Shown here: positions 1-13,245 of the stretch, piece after piece
How the letters are laid out: each line of letters begins with the position of its first letter
Numbering within the stretch: position 1 is the stretch's first letter
Source: the human T2T-CHM13v2.0 reference genome, Homo sapiens
Strand: one strand, 5' to 3'
Assembly: GCF_009914755.1 (NCBI RefSeq)
Contig: NC_060945.1
DNA length: 64,000 bases
Notes under the pieces: generated by a model
Seen by the model: the letters and a program-made list of their open reading frames with translations, nothing else
What the model was told of the DNA's origin: nothing
The model's database searches: none
Translations under genes and position numbers: made by a program

Positions 1-29
1 AAAAAATGTCAAAAAAATAGTTTTATTGG

Positions 30-387
30 TTGAGTACTTAGAATTTTTATGCTAGACCATATTGTCAAAAAACAGAAAAAAAAATCAATTTTTCCTTTTT
101 CTCTTAGGATGCCTTTCGTTTCTTTCTCTTGCTCAATTGCTCTAAGGTTTCCAGAACTATGTTGAAAACAAGTAGAGAGAATGGGCAACCATGTTTTATT
201 CCTGATCTTAGAGAAAACTCTTTCAGCTGTTCTCATTTGAACATGATGTTGACTCTGGGCTTGCCGTATATGGACTTTATTGTGCTTTGGTACATTCATT
301 CTATACATAATCTGTTAAGAGTTTTTTATCGTGAAAAGATATTGACTTTTGTCAATTTATTTTTCTGCGTCTATTGATATGCTCATA
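30..387 (-). mobile_element. Old L1 (L1M/L1PB-type) ORF2 RT-region fragment, antisense
   Basis: Typical antisense L1 ORF2 text (ccagaactatgttgaa...gagaatgggcaaccatgttttattcctgatcttagag...tctattgatatgctcata). Confidence 0.8.
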
Positions 388-1080
388 CTAATTTTCAATA
401 AAAATCCCAAAAATATTCAATGGAGAAAGGACAGGCATAAAAATGGTGTTGGGAAAACTATATATACACATGTAGGAGAATTGATTGGATCTTTATCCCT
501 TATCACATCCAAAAATAAACTCAAAATTAATTAAAGACAAATATAAGACACAAAACTCTAAAACTTCCAGGATAAAACAAAGGGAGAAAGTTTCACAATA
601 TTGGTCTGGGAAATAATATTTTGGGTTTGACTCAAGAAGCTCATGCAACAAATGCAAAAGTAGACAAATGTGAATACATCAAATTAAAAAGCTTCCAAAC
701 AGCAAAAGAAGCAATCAACAGACTGAAGACACAACTCAGAGTGGGAGAAAATATTTGTAAACCACACATTCAACAAAAGGTTATTATCCAAAATGTACAA
801 GGAATACAAGCAACTCAATATCAAAAAATAACATATAAACCAATTAAAACACGGGCAAATAATTTAAACAGACATTTCTTTAAAAAAGACATACAAACTG
901 CCAAGTTCATGGAAAAAGTCTTGATATCACCAAGCATTAGGGAAATACAAATTTAAACCAGAATGCAATATAATCACATACCTGTAAGAATGGCTTTATA
1001 AAAAAGACAAAGGGTACGAAGTTTTGGTGAAGATGTGGGAAAAAGGCAACCCTCGTACATTGTTGGTAGCCATTACAAAA
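388..1080 (+). mobile_element. Old L1 ORF2 C-terminal fragment, sense
   Basis: ORFs 349..534 and 621..956 resemble the L1 ORF2 C-terminus (LIFNK..KNIQWRKD; AKVDKCEYIKLKSFQTAKEAINR; NLNRHFFKKDIQ). Confidence 0.85.
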
Positions 1081-1110
1081 TACCTGCATGGAATTATGCT
1101 GTGTCTAGAC

Positions 1111-1274
1111 CAGCAGTTTTTAAAATGAAATAGAAACTAATAAAATTGAAAAAAAAAAGAAAAAAGAAAGGTAAAAATAATTTTGTGAATATACACGCAT
1201 ACACATCTGTACTGTATAGAAGTGTAAAAACCGCTGTTCAATGTGGATTGCATTCAAAAGTATAAATCCCATTG
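1111..1274. mobile_element. Possible degraded hAT-Charlie MITE
   Basis: cagcagtttttaaa ... aaatcccattg termini preceded by gtctagac, a Charlie-type target site. Confidence 0.3.
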
Positions 1275-1577
1275 ACCTAAATGATACCATTAAAGCTTTC
1301 TACCACAACGTAAAGACCCTTCATAAACAAGCATTGGAACAAAGATTCGGCATCATCTCTTGCAACTCTGCTTCCTTGTATGGTCCCAAAGTCTTGAATT
1401 AGTCACAACTTCTTAGAATCATTATGATGTGTAGGTTTATTCCCGTTTGTCTTTAATATCTTAACACTGAACATAAGATAATTTATAGATTCCAATTAAG
1501 ATAATTTGGTATAATTAATATATTTAAACTAACGTAATTTATAGACTTAGATAATCTTTCAAGATAATATTCTATGC

Positions 1578-1740
1578 CAGTGGTTTTCAAACTTGAACCT
1601 GCCTCAGAATTACTTGAAAGGTTTGTTTAAACACAGACAGTTCGACCAAAATCCCCATACTGCTTAATTTAGTATATCTGTGATTAGGCCTGAGAATTTG
1701 CAGGTGGTGTTAGCACTAAGATTCCAGGAACCACAGTTAC
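1578..1740. mobile_element. MER5-family hAT-Charlie MITE
   Basis: cagtggttttcaaactt...tcagaattacttgaaaggtttgtttaaacacaga...ggcctgagaatttgca matches the MER5A pattern. Confidence 0.75.
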
Positions 1741-4525
1741 AACAGGAGAAGTGTCTCTGGCCTGGTTTCTGGATTTGAGTATGTATTTATTATAGACAGA
1801 CTCATCTTTCACATAATCATATATTGTAGTATAATTGTCTGGTTTTTTGCTCTCACTTAAGACAGTAGAAAAATGTGAAAGATATTTTGGGCAAGAAACA
1901 TAAATTTTATTCTTCCATTTGGACCACCTAACTAACAAAACAGAGAGGGGGCTCAACATTCTTTATTAAATGCCTTAATGAAAAGCTTAATTTTGAAGAC
2001 TTTCACCATATTTATCTTTTAAAAATTTGCTTTCATTCATTTAAAATACTCAACAGGAAAAGAGCCCAATAACATATTAAGTGCAGTTATAGCTTCCTCA
2101 CATATCTGGTGAGTAATAAAATGCCTCAGAGGCAAAGATGAGAGCACAGAGACTTATTTCATGGTCCCGTTAGCTACATATTTATAATAACGAGAGACAT
2201 TATGAAGACATTTCTAAAAGATATTCTAAAAGCCAGTCTAAATGTCAGACAAAATTTTTAAAAATCTAGTATTCAAGAGGTGAAGAAATGTTTAGAATAG
2301 AATTTAAGTTAATGTCACAATAGGTTTCAATAATGTTACAAAGTTCATTCCTAGTTTTGAAATGTCTGTAAAAATAAAATTTAAAAGAAAAAATAGTATG
2401 AATCAAATTTACGTTTAACTGAAGAATTTGAAAGGGACTGTGTATTTTACTTTATAAATCCATTTCATTGACAGTTTCTTGCAACATACGCCAATCATCT
2501 TTACTGTACTATTTACTAATATCATTGTCCTAGCTTCAGACATGTAGCTACAAATCAGATAAAATATATGCAATACGCAACTAAATGCCATTTGAATATA
2601 GGTAGAAATTGTAGTCTATAGAATAAGATGACTATGGAGAATCTGATAGTTCAATTAGGCAATGTGAGTGGGTAAGGAATTAAATTTATTTTTTTGCCCA
2701 AACTGGGTGACAAAAATAGAAAGAAGTTATCAGTGAATTGTGTAAGGTTATGTATTGCAAAATGCTTTCAATTATAAACATCAGATTTCACTATTAAATT
2801 AAAATATAGATTAAATTACTATTTAATCCTAAATATTTACTATTTAATTACTAAATTAAATAGCAATTTAATACATTAATTTCTATTTTAATCACTATTA
2901 AAATATAGATTAAATTACTCAGATATGTGAAATCAATTGGAGAGCTCAGGCAATCCTAGAGAAACAAATCCTACATATGCAGCCACATTCACTAAGAGAA
3001 CCAGTCTCTCCCATCACTAACCTCAGTTGTTAGACTCACATTCATGCCACCTCTTTCATAGTCAATAACTTGTTCAATCCGAATACCTGTTACTAACTGA
3101 GGAGCCATCCCAATAGCTGATAGTGTCCAAAACAGGACATTTCTTGAAAATATATGCCAACAAAATAGATGCCTGACAATTTTGCCAAAAAAATACCAAA
3201 TTAATCTCGTGCCCATTCATGTGGTGTGATCTGAACCCCATCTGCTGGCCTACAAGGGACTGTAGAAAAGGTAATTATTAGTATGTCCACTTTTTCATAC
3301 AGATCCAGTTTAGAAAGGATATGCAATGGATGTTTAGCAAACTTAACTAGAGCATCTGCAGCAACCTACATCTTAAGTGCTCAATATCCACACTTTAAAT
3401 CAATAGCAACAGTAACATTATCTGCCTAACGCAACTATTCCTGCTAAAAACACACAGATGCGCACAAACTTCCCCCCCCACACACAAGCACGATAGTTCT
3501 ATAAAGTGATGCCCCAATTTTCATAAATTGTCAGTGTATTTTCTAGTTAAATCCCAATCTCATCTTGAATTTCATAATGAAGTGGTGAAATGTTACAATT
3601 AAAATGAGAGGAATCTAATCATAATATATTTTAGGGGAATCTATAGAGGGAACATGAACATTTAACCACATATCAGCATGAAGAAGAAACTGTGGGACAT
3701 CCTAGTGTACTTATGATGTACTAGTCATGAATTCATAGTTTACATTTAGAATGTCTTATTCCGGTAACCATACCACATCGACTTAGCATCTGCATATCAC
3801 ATCAGATAGTGGAACTTTTCTAGCTGTGTCCTTTGGTGTTTACACTTATGTCAGGATGAGTCTATTAACTTTTATTTTTGAAAATACAGAATATTTGGAT
3901 GTGTCCCATGGAATCATGGGGATTCAGAATACTTCTCCCTGCCTCCATCAAATTGTGATAAAATTATATCCCCTTGATAAATAAAGTAAATTTTGCCATT
4001 TAACAAGATGTCCTCCTTTTTTCTTCCTACTGGACTGGTGAAATGAATATTTGAACATGATCAGGAAGAAGAGTCAAATTCTAGCTTTCTGAGTTAACAT
4101 TGTTTTTCTGGTAGAAACATTCTCCATTTGATATCTGCTCTTTTATAAGACTAGATGCTCTTTTATGATAGGGTAAATGATAAGACGTGTGAATATCATC
4201 AGCACATTGATGGATCAGCATATCGCCTCAGTAATATAGTGAATAATGGAAAATTATGCATTCAGGTTTAGATATTCACCAATAGGGTAGTTGACAGAAG
4301 CAATACAGAAAGAAAACACAAGTAAGTAATCAGAATAAACTGTATATTCAGCAAATAAAATTGCTGGAGTTGGTTTAATATATTTGACTTGTCCTCTTAG
4401 TTATTATGACTGTTATTTTATCACTGGACAGAGAAAGCCATATCTCTGGGGACATCTGGAGACTGCTACTGAGTCTCATTTAAGGTAAATGCTACTAAAC
4501 TAAGTAATACTTTACAATATGGTGG

Positions 4526-4879
4526 TGTTGCGGGCTAAATGTTTGTGTTTTCCCAAAATTTTTATGTTGAAGCCTTAACCCCCAATGTAACAATTTTCAG
4601 AGATAGGACCTGTGAGGAAGTGATAAAGGTTAAATGAGGTCATAAGAATGGGGCCCTAATCTGATGGAGCTGGCACACTTACAGGAAAAGGAGGAGACAT
4701 CAGATAACTCTCCACCAGGTAAAGACAAGCCAGGAAGAGAGCCATTACTGGAAACCTAATTAAACAGCATCTTGATTTTGGACTTTCCAGTCTCCAGAAC
4801 TATATGGGAAGTAAATTTCTGTTGTTTAAGCCATCCAGTCTGCAGTATTTTGTTGTGGTAGCCTGAGCTAACTGATACA
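4526..4879 (+). mobile_element. MLT1A-type MaLR solo LTR
   Basis: TG...CA termini, MLT1 motifs (ggttaaatgaggtcata, ccagaact, tttctgttgtttaagcca), 5-bp TSD ggtgg/ggtgt. Confidence 0.85.
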
Positions 4880-6356
4880 GGTGTATAATCTTTAAAACTT
4901 CTTTGTTGGGATCCAGGGGCTTTTTGTTTGTTTTTTTAATTTATGGCTAACAGGTTAAATAATCTAATAAACAGCCTTATTGGCCACTTGACCAGTATAG
5001 CACACAATATCTTGCTGTAAATTTTGCCAAAGCTCTCTGGAAACCAAGTCCATTGCAAAAATATGTGTTTTTCCTACTCTGTAGGCAAAGAGAATCCAGT
5101 GAAATAAGATGGTGATCTAAAGAGCTGTGCCTGGAACTCACTCGGGTCCCTCATGTCGTACTCTTTCTCCTGCTAAACAACATCATTTCCTTTTATTCAA
5201 AGCTTTTCATGAGTATGCTGCCTGCAGTCTTTAAGTCATTTGAGATTTCTGAGTCTGTCACACTGTTAGAGGTAAGCAAATGTAGAGAGTAAGCTGTAGT
5301 CTGTATTGCTGACATATTAACTTAGCCTATGATGTTAACATTAGTCTTGATTGAGTGCATCTGTAACTATTGGAAAGAATAGTCGTAACTGGAAAAGAAA
5401 GAGATTGACAGCCACTACTAAAGTCACCTTTTACAATGAATTTTTATGAGCCAATTCCAAGTGTCCATACACACCCCTTGAAATTAATGCTTTGTCAAGA
5501 ATCTCTCATGCCTGTTCTTTTCGTATCCTAAACAGGTAAGTAAACCCTTAGCTTTAATCTCGATTTACTATACAGCCATGCCAATGGTCATCTGTCTTAC
5601 TGGTAAATTGACTAATCAAGAGTACTATTTAAATTGTGCCTAGTGGGGAGATTTCCCTCTTCCGCTTTTCTTCAATATCACTCCTGAGCTATAATGTTCT
5701 AATTGTCCCTTTCTCCTCTGTAATTTTGTTACTGGAGTCTGATACTGAAATTGCAGAATCAGCTTCTTGATAATCTAGAGATGATCTTTGAATATATAGA
5801 GATCTAGAGATACTTTAAATAAGCATTGGATTCATTGGGTTATCCAGGTCAAGTGATAGAACTGTTCTACTGCTGGCTGGACCTGCTTTGAGATCATTGC
5901 TTTGCTATGAATGCCATATGCTCAAATGTGAAATATTTTAATTTTAGAATATGATCCATTAGCTTTCTTATGGGTAGGAATTTAAATTACAGGTTTTTGC
6001 TTTTTATCTTCGAAGGGGGAATTCTAAAATTTGCCAGACTGTTTCACTCCAGAAAAGTCATTGAATGTCAGATCCTAAATTTCTATAGGATTGATTGATC
6101 CAACAGTCTCTGGGACATATTCATCTAAATATAGCACAGGTAGCTTCTACATCTGCTGTCTACATTCACAGCTGTATAATATCAACAATGTAGTCAACGT
6201 TTATATGAGATAGTGAGCCAGTCAATATCCCTGCAGATTAATTTAGGGAACAGAGCCTGAGGCACCTAACAGATGGAAGACTGAGATAATGAACAGCAGG
6301 AAGACAGATTTAAACCAAACCATACCAGTATTATATTGAATGTAAATGTTTTAATC

Positions 6357-6576
6357 CAGAGGCCAGCAATTTTTTTTTCTGTAAAAGTCCAGATAGTAAA
6401 TATTTTATGCTTGTGGGCCATATGGTCTCTGTCTCAACTACTCTACACAGTCCCTGTAGTGTAAAAACAGCCATAGAAAATACATAAAATGATGGTCATG
6501 GATGTATTCCAATATAGCTTTATTTACAAAAATAAGTAGCTGAAGAGATTTGGCCCCAAGGATTAATGACTCCTGC
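6357..6576 (+). mobile_element. MER58A hAT-Charlie MITE
   Basis: ctgtaaaagtccagatagtaaatatttta...gggccatatggtctctgtctcaactactc...ttccaatatagctttatttacaaaaa. Confidence 0.85.
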
Positions 6577-7146
6577 CTAAGTATCCCAAGGACAAGTAAA
6601 GGACAAATGGAAAACTGATTGAAAGAAAAACTACACAGAGTTTGAAAAATAATTTACATTTAAAAACACAATGTTTCAAAATAATAGAATAGGAAAAGAA
6701 TGCCATGAAAAATAGAAGCAAAATAAAGCTCATATTCTTATATTAAGATCAGACAATGGAGATTTAAGGAAAGTAACATTAAGAGAGCTGGAGAGAGCCA
6801 TTTCAAAAACATTAAGTATCAAGTGAAAAAAAAATCAATGAAAACTTACATGCAACTAATAGCATAACTAACTTACAGACAGTAAATTAAGTTATTGTGG
6901 TATTAGATATCAATTAATGAGTTGGTAAAATGAATTCAATATATGGTCAAGAAACATAACTGATCATAAACAACTACCTCACTGATAATAGAGAAGAAAC
7001 TCTACTGCAGTTTTGTGGGCAAGAGATTTATTTTTAATAAACAGTGCTGCACCAATTAGATATCTACACTCAAAAATAAATGAGTTAGCTGTAAGCCCTA
7101 CTCCACACCATAGACAAAATTTAATTTGAAAGGGATCATAGACCTA

Positions 7147-7429
<283 letters not shown>

Positions 7430-9427
7430 AGATAAAATGCCCCAAAATAAAAGATGGATAAAATGAATGTCATTAAAATTAAAAATCATTTTTCATCTGT
7501 GAGCTACATTAAAGGAATGAAAAGGAAAATCACAGAGCCAAAGAAACATATGCAATTTGTGTAACTGACAAAGGCTTATATACAGAATACATAAAGTATA
7601 GCTACACATGAATGAGAAAAGACTATAATTTAATAATGGGCAAGATTCTTGAATGGACACTTTACAAAGAGGATAATTAAATTGCATGCAAATATTGACA
7701 ACTGTTCATAAGATAAATTCAAACTAACCACACAATGAGATACTAACATAACCATATTGGCAAGAATTTAAATAAGACTGATAATATCAAGTGTTGTTGA
7801 AAGGATAAAGCAGTAGGAATTCTCTTACATTGCTGGTGGGAGTAAAAATTGGTATAACCCACTGTAGCAAAATATGTGTACTCTATGACTCTGCAACTCT
7901 CCTTTGATCTATTAGGGATCAATGTGACCTGGAATTGTTATAAGCCCTGGAGAAGGTGCTTGTTCTATCTGGAGGAAAGTAGCACCATCACATTCTCTGT
8001 GAGCCATGTACCCTACAAATCCTTGCTTCCTTGTTTTATCTCTTGATTGCTTTCAAACTAACTCATATGGCGTTTTTAATTCACTTCTGGCAATGCACAT
8101 GCTTTTTTTTTTTTTTTTTAGGTGTTTGTAATGTGTAAGAGAATTGGACTTAACAGAGAATCTGGCACATAGGCCCACTCTCAAGGGGAGGGGGGTACCT
8201 CTAGGGTGTCAGGAGGTAGGGTCACTGGGGCATTCCTAGAAGAGAAATAAAAGAGAAAAAGCTGCCATTTTCCCCAAACATGCAGAATTTTATGCACACT
8301 GGCAAACAAACAGAAGAAAACAACAGAATGAGATCATCTAATAAATATTGCAAAAATATTTGATATATTTCATCCTTATAACCCTCTAGGCTTACTCTGA
8401 TGGGCATCTGAGAGTAGTGATTTTATATTTGTCAGATAAATTGAAAAACTACTGTAAGATACTGAAACACATTGCTAGTTGGTTGCCCAGGCACATTGTA
8501 TTGAACAGAAGGAGATACAGCTACATGGACTGAATAAGAAGAGAGGGCAGACTGGGTTCAGCTGACATTTGTGCCATCTCACTTCTCAACTCCTTTATGA
8601 TTCTTTGACATCATAACATTGTACCCGTAGACTTCCCGCCCTGCCATGCTAAATGATAGTTCCAGGACTGGCAGCGAACTTTGGCAGGTCTATACCCAAG
8701 AGAGACATACTGTGGGTTAATTCTTAATTGTGGCATGTTTGTCTTGAGAGATGTTTCAGACAATTTTATTTCCACACCTCTCCCGGCTTTTTTCATGTCC
8801 CATTCCCACTCAAGCACTCATGTTTTCTTTAGCCAACCCACCCTGCTTTGTGCTTCCATCTGGGTATAGAGGAATCTCCCCTTAGCAAACCATATATTGA
8901 GTTTTCTGTCACCCTCTTTGGGTAATTGAGGACTGGCTAATCCATGCACTGAAGTCTGAGTCTAAGTTTCCGAAAAGACCAAGTCTATAAGTACCTGGTC
9001 CAGATGCCTGCTGTTTGTGAACCGCAGGCTCTGGTACTTCAACCCAAACACTCTGCAGCACATGTAGGGGCCTAAGTATTTTGAGTGTCCTACATATAGC
9101 CTGATATTTGGCAAACATCCAAAGCTATAGCCGTGAATAACCTTAATTGGGATGAAGGTTGTGAGAAATGAGTAGAAAACAGCAGAATTTCCAATTTTGT
9201 TTGATACAGGTTTGCTGGTATTTTCCTTGACTGAGATAAGAAAAATATACATAGATCTGTGTGTACACATATATATGTATGAATATATTTTGAATGAGGT
9301 TGTTTAAATAATATCTTGGTCTATTCTGTACATAAAGTTAGACTTTAAACATAAGATTGACACACATTCTGACTCAATCATAAACATTTTTTGTCAGAAT
9401 AATAAACATGAAGTATCTAAGAATCTG

Positions 9428-9845
<418 letters not shown>

Positions 9846-12636
9846 TACATTGAAATATATTACATGCAATTTGACTCTACTCAATCAAGTTGGATAAGTA
9901 GTTATTGAGGGTGATACTTAAGATTGTGGTAAGCAGCGACCCATATTTTTGGGGGAAAAACAACACAAGTTCTGGACAGTAAAGATTTAAGACGTGCTAT
10001 CATGCTAAGAAGTATCAAGAACATGAGAGGAGCAATACTATAATAGATACACAATTAAGATGCAGTTACATTTTAAGATAAATGTTTTAAAACAAAAATA
10101 AACATTCTGAAATCCCAAAAGTAAATCAATTATTTTATAGTCAAGTAATATATTCAATTATGTAGCACAAAATGGCTTCATATTATCTGGTCCAAGACTG
10201 TATTAAGGAGATAAATAAAATAATTACATAGAGATTGTGGGTATATTATTATAAATAGAAAATAAGTTCAGACCATGAAAAGGAAGGTACTGGTGATGGA
10301 ACGGGAAAAGCTCAGGTCTGATATTTCATATTGTGAGAGCTCACAATGTTTCTGAAGAGCCCTGTATTATTATGGCCAGTAAATAAAACATTGAGACATA
10401 TTTGTACTCAACACATCTGCCTTTGATCTGAGCAGCATTTCTCAGACACTTCGAGTAGAATAAAATTCACTAATGAGATGATAGTCTAAAGAAGCCATTT
10501 AATCTAAGTTAAGCATCTAAACTCTGACGTGTATGACTGCAATTAATATCTGAAATGCCTGTCAAGGTTATACAGCTCTGCTGCTTTTGCAGCAGAAATA
10601 GCTTACTATTCTTAGAGACCTCAAACCTTCCTCTTCTAGATTGCATGGAAATCTTTCCTCTGGCACTGTGGGTTCTCATTAAGACATGCAGGATATAGAG
10701 TATTCCACTATACCTGTCTTCGTGTCAACCTTTAAAAAAGACCTTAAATAGTCATGCACAGACACACATGCATGTAGAGAAGGGAATCCAGAATGATAAA
10801 AAAAACCCTCAAAGGCACTAAATATGAGAAGGGAAGAGAAAAATAGTCTTATTTTTGATTGAGACAAGAATGATTCAAGGTGTCTGAGTGCTGTCATCTA
10901 ACATAAAAATTTGGAACATGGATTAGCCATATTGTACTTGCTACCTATATAGTTTAGGTCCAATTATTAGAAGTGGCAGAAGGACAGACTTGGCTAAAAT
11001 ATGTATTTTATTAAAAGAGCTCCTCAAAGATAGAGTGGGGAGCTTTAGAGCATAGAGTTCTTGATCATTGAAGAGTGTTGACTCTGTCTTGCCAATTGCA
11101 GCTAGAGTACCCACACTGGGCTAGCCTAGGGGAGCCACAGCTGTCCCTGTATTCCATGGCTGAGCTGCTTTGCAGATGAAAGAAAATTAAGGCATGTAGC
11201 TGTTTAGGAAAAGAAAAACTCAGAAAATGAACTTTTATAAAGTTTAATGTTTAGAAATACACGGGCTAAAATCCATTGCCCATGGAAATTCCTCCACTCC
11301 TTCCCTCTGCACATCGTTTGCCAAATCTTCCTCATAAAGGGATTATGTTTGCTGTCTTTTTCATCCATGGGAGGCTGGATTCATTTCCATGTCCTCATAG
11401 TCTGGGGAAAACAAACAAACAAACAAAAAACGGTGTCCATTAAAGTTGGCTTCTTCTACTCAGGGGCCAGTTAAAGCTTAGGTCTGCACTACATCTGCCG
11501 TTACGTGTCTATAACGTAACATCTAAACTATTTTTAGAAATTCACTTTGTTCCTAGCACGGCAACTTTTTCTCTCTCAGTATCTTATTTTTATTCAGCTT
11601 CTGGTTAACATAAAATAACTCAATTTTATTCATTAGATCCTGAGCCGGTGTCTAATGTGAGGTACAAACACAAGTCAGAGAATGTCTAGGTAGTAATGCA
11701 AGAGAGGAAATTAACTAATTAGATTAATGAACTCTAATTTCCCTTTCAAACCTGGATTCTCTTAAGCCCAATGGCCCAGTACATCATTTGTCCTCAGCTT
11801 CGCCTTGAAAGCAGTGAAGCTGAGTCCTATTTTTTTTTTTCTAGTTACACTTCAATTTTTTGGTCTCTTTTGCTCCCAATATTTTCACCTGTGCAGGTAG
11901 ATGTAGATTTGGTAAGAGCAAGTATTTCTAACACAATTTGACATTTTAGTTAAACAATGTTATGCATGTAACATTATGTTAGGATTAAAAGAAAACATTC
12001 ACTCTTAGAGAAAAAGTAGGTAGTAAAAATTATATGGCCAAATACATCAAAAGGTCAAATAATGTAGGATGACATTCAAAACTAATACATTAAGAATATC
12101 ATGTAAGAAAATTTAGTATTTTTGCAAATATTTTGTCTGAAATGCTATAAAAGTCATAGAGCAATATATTTGGAAATTTTGAAAAATGATTGTTTAATAT
12201 TTGCTTGTATTTTGGTGATTCTATCTTTACTGCTCTCTCATCACAGTCACTCATTCACTCCCAAAATGTCACTCTGACTACAATATTGCTTTTTCAGACA
12301 TAATAACCTACCTTCTATCTGAAAAATATAACAGCCTCTTTCACATTCACATGCAGCTCAGTCCCTTTGCAATATTTAAGACTATTTACCATTATCTTCT
12401 TCTTAAAGTTTTTTTTTTTTCCCCCTCTGGCTTTTGTGATTCTATCTGGTTACACTTTTATGCCTGATCAATCACTTTTGCTACAACTTTCAAATCTAGT
12501 GTCTGCCAACACCATTCATATTTTATAGCATTTTATAAGCCTGTATCTTACCTGTTATCAGATGTTCTTGATTGGCCTGAGATGCATGTTCTTTGCTTTT
12601 TACTGCTCTATCCACCCGAATTATCTTATTTGCTAG

Positions 12637-12947
<311 letters not shown>

Positions 12948-13034
12948 ACATGATCTTTCACAGTCTGCATTTCCCACAAAGAACAATGACCCTGATTCAT
13001 CCAGTCATTCAGCTTACTCAGGAAACCCATCAAG

Positions 13035-13245
13035 GGCTTAAGAATCAGAAGTTGTAGATTTAAATTCTAGCCATTTCATTCATACATGTGTCTGGATTTT
13101 AACTACTTGATCAGTCCCTGGCAGGTTTGGTCTCTTAATATGTAACAGAATTAATAATAATTATGCTATAAGATATTTATAAGAATTAGAAAATATAATA
13201 TATGAAAGTGCAAAGAACAGTTTCTCAGACTTAGTAGAAGCCTCT
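13035..13245 (+). mobile_element. MIR SINE
   Basis: gggcttaagaatcaga...tttaaattctagc...ataataa...atatgaaagtgc...ttagtagaagc fits the MIR layout. Confidence 0.6.

Noticed and set aside
8100-8230. T-run acceptor (tag at 8121) and G-run cluster as an exon or G-quadruplex
   Set aside because: Downstream donors are weak and the G-run loops are long (up to 12 nt); common by chance.
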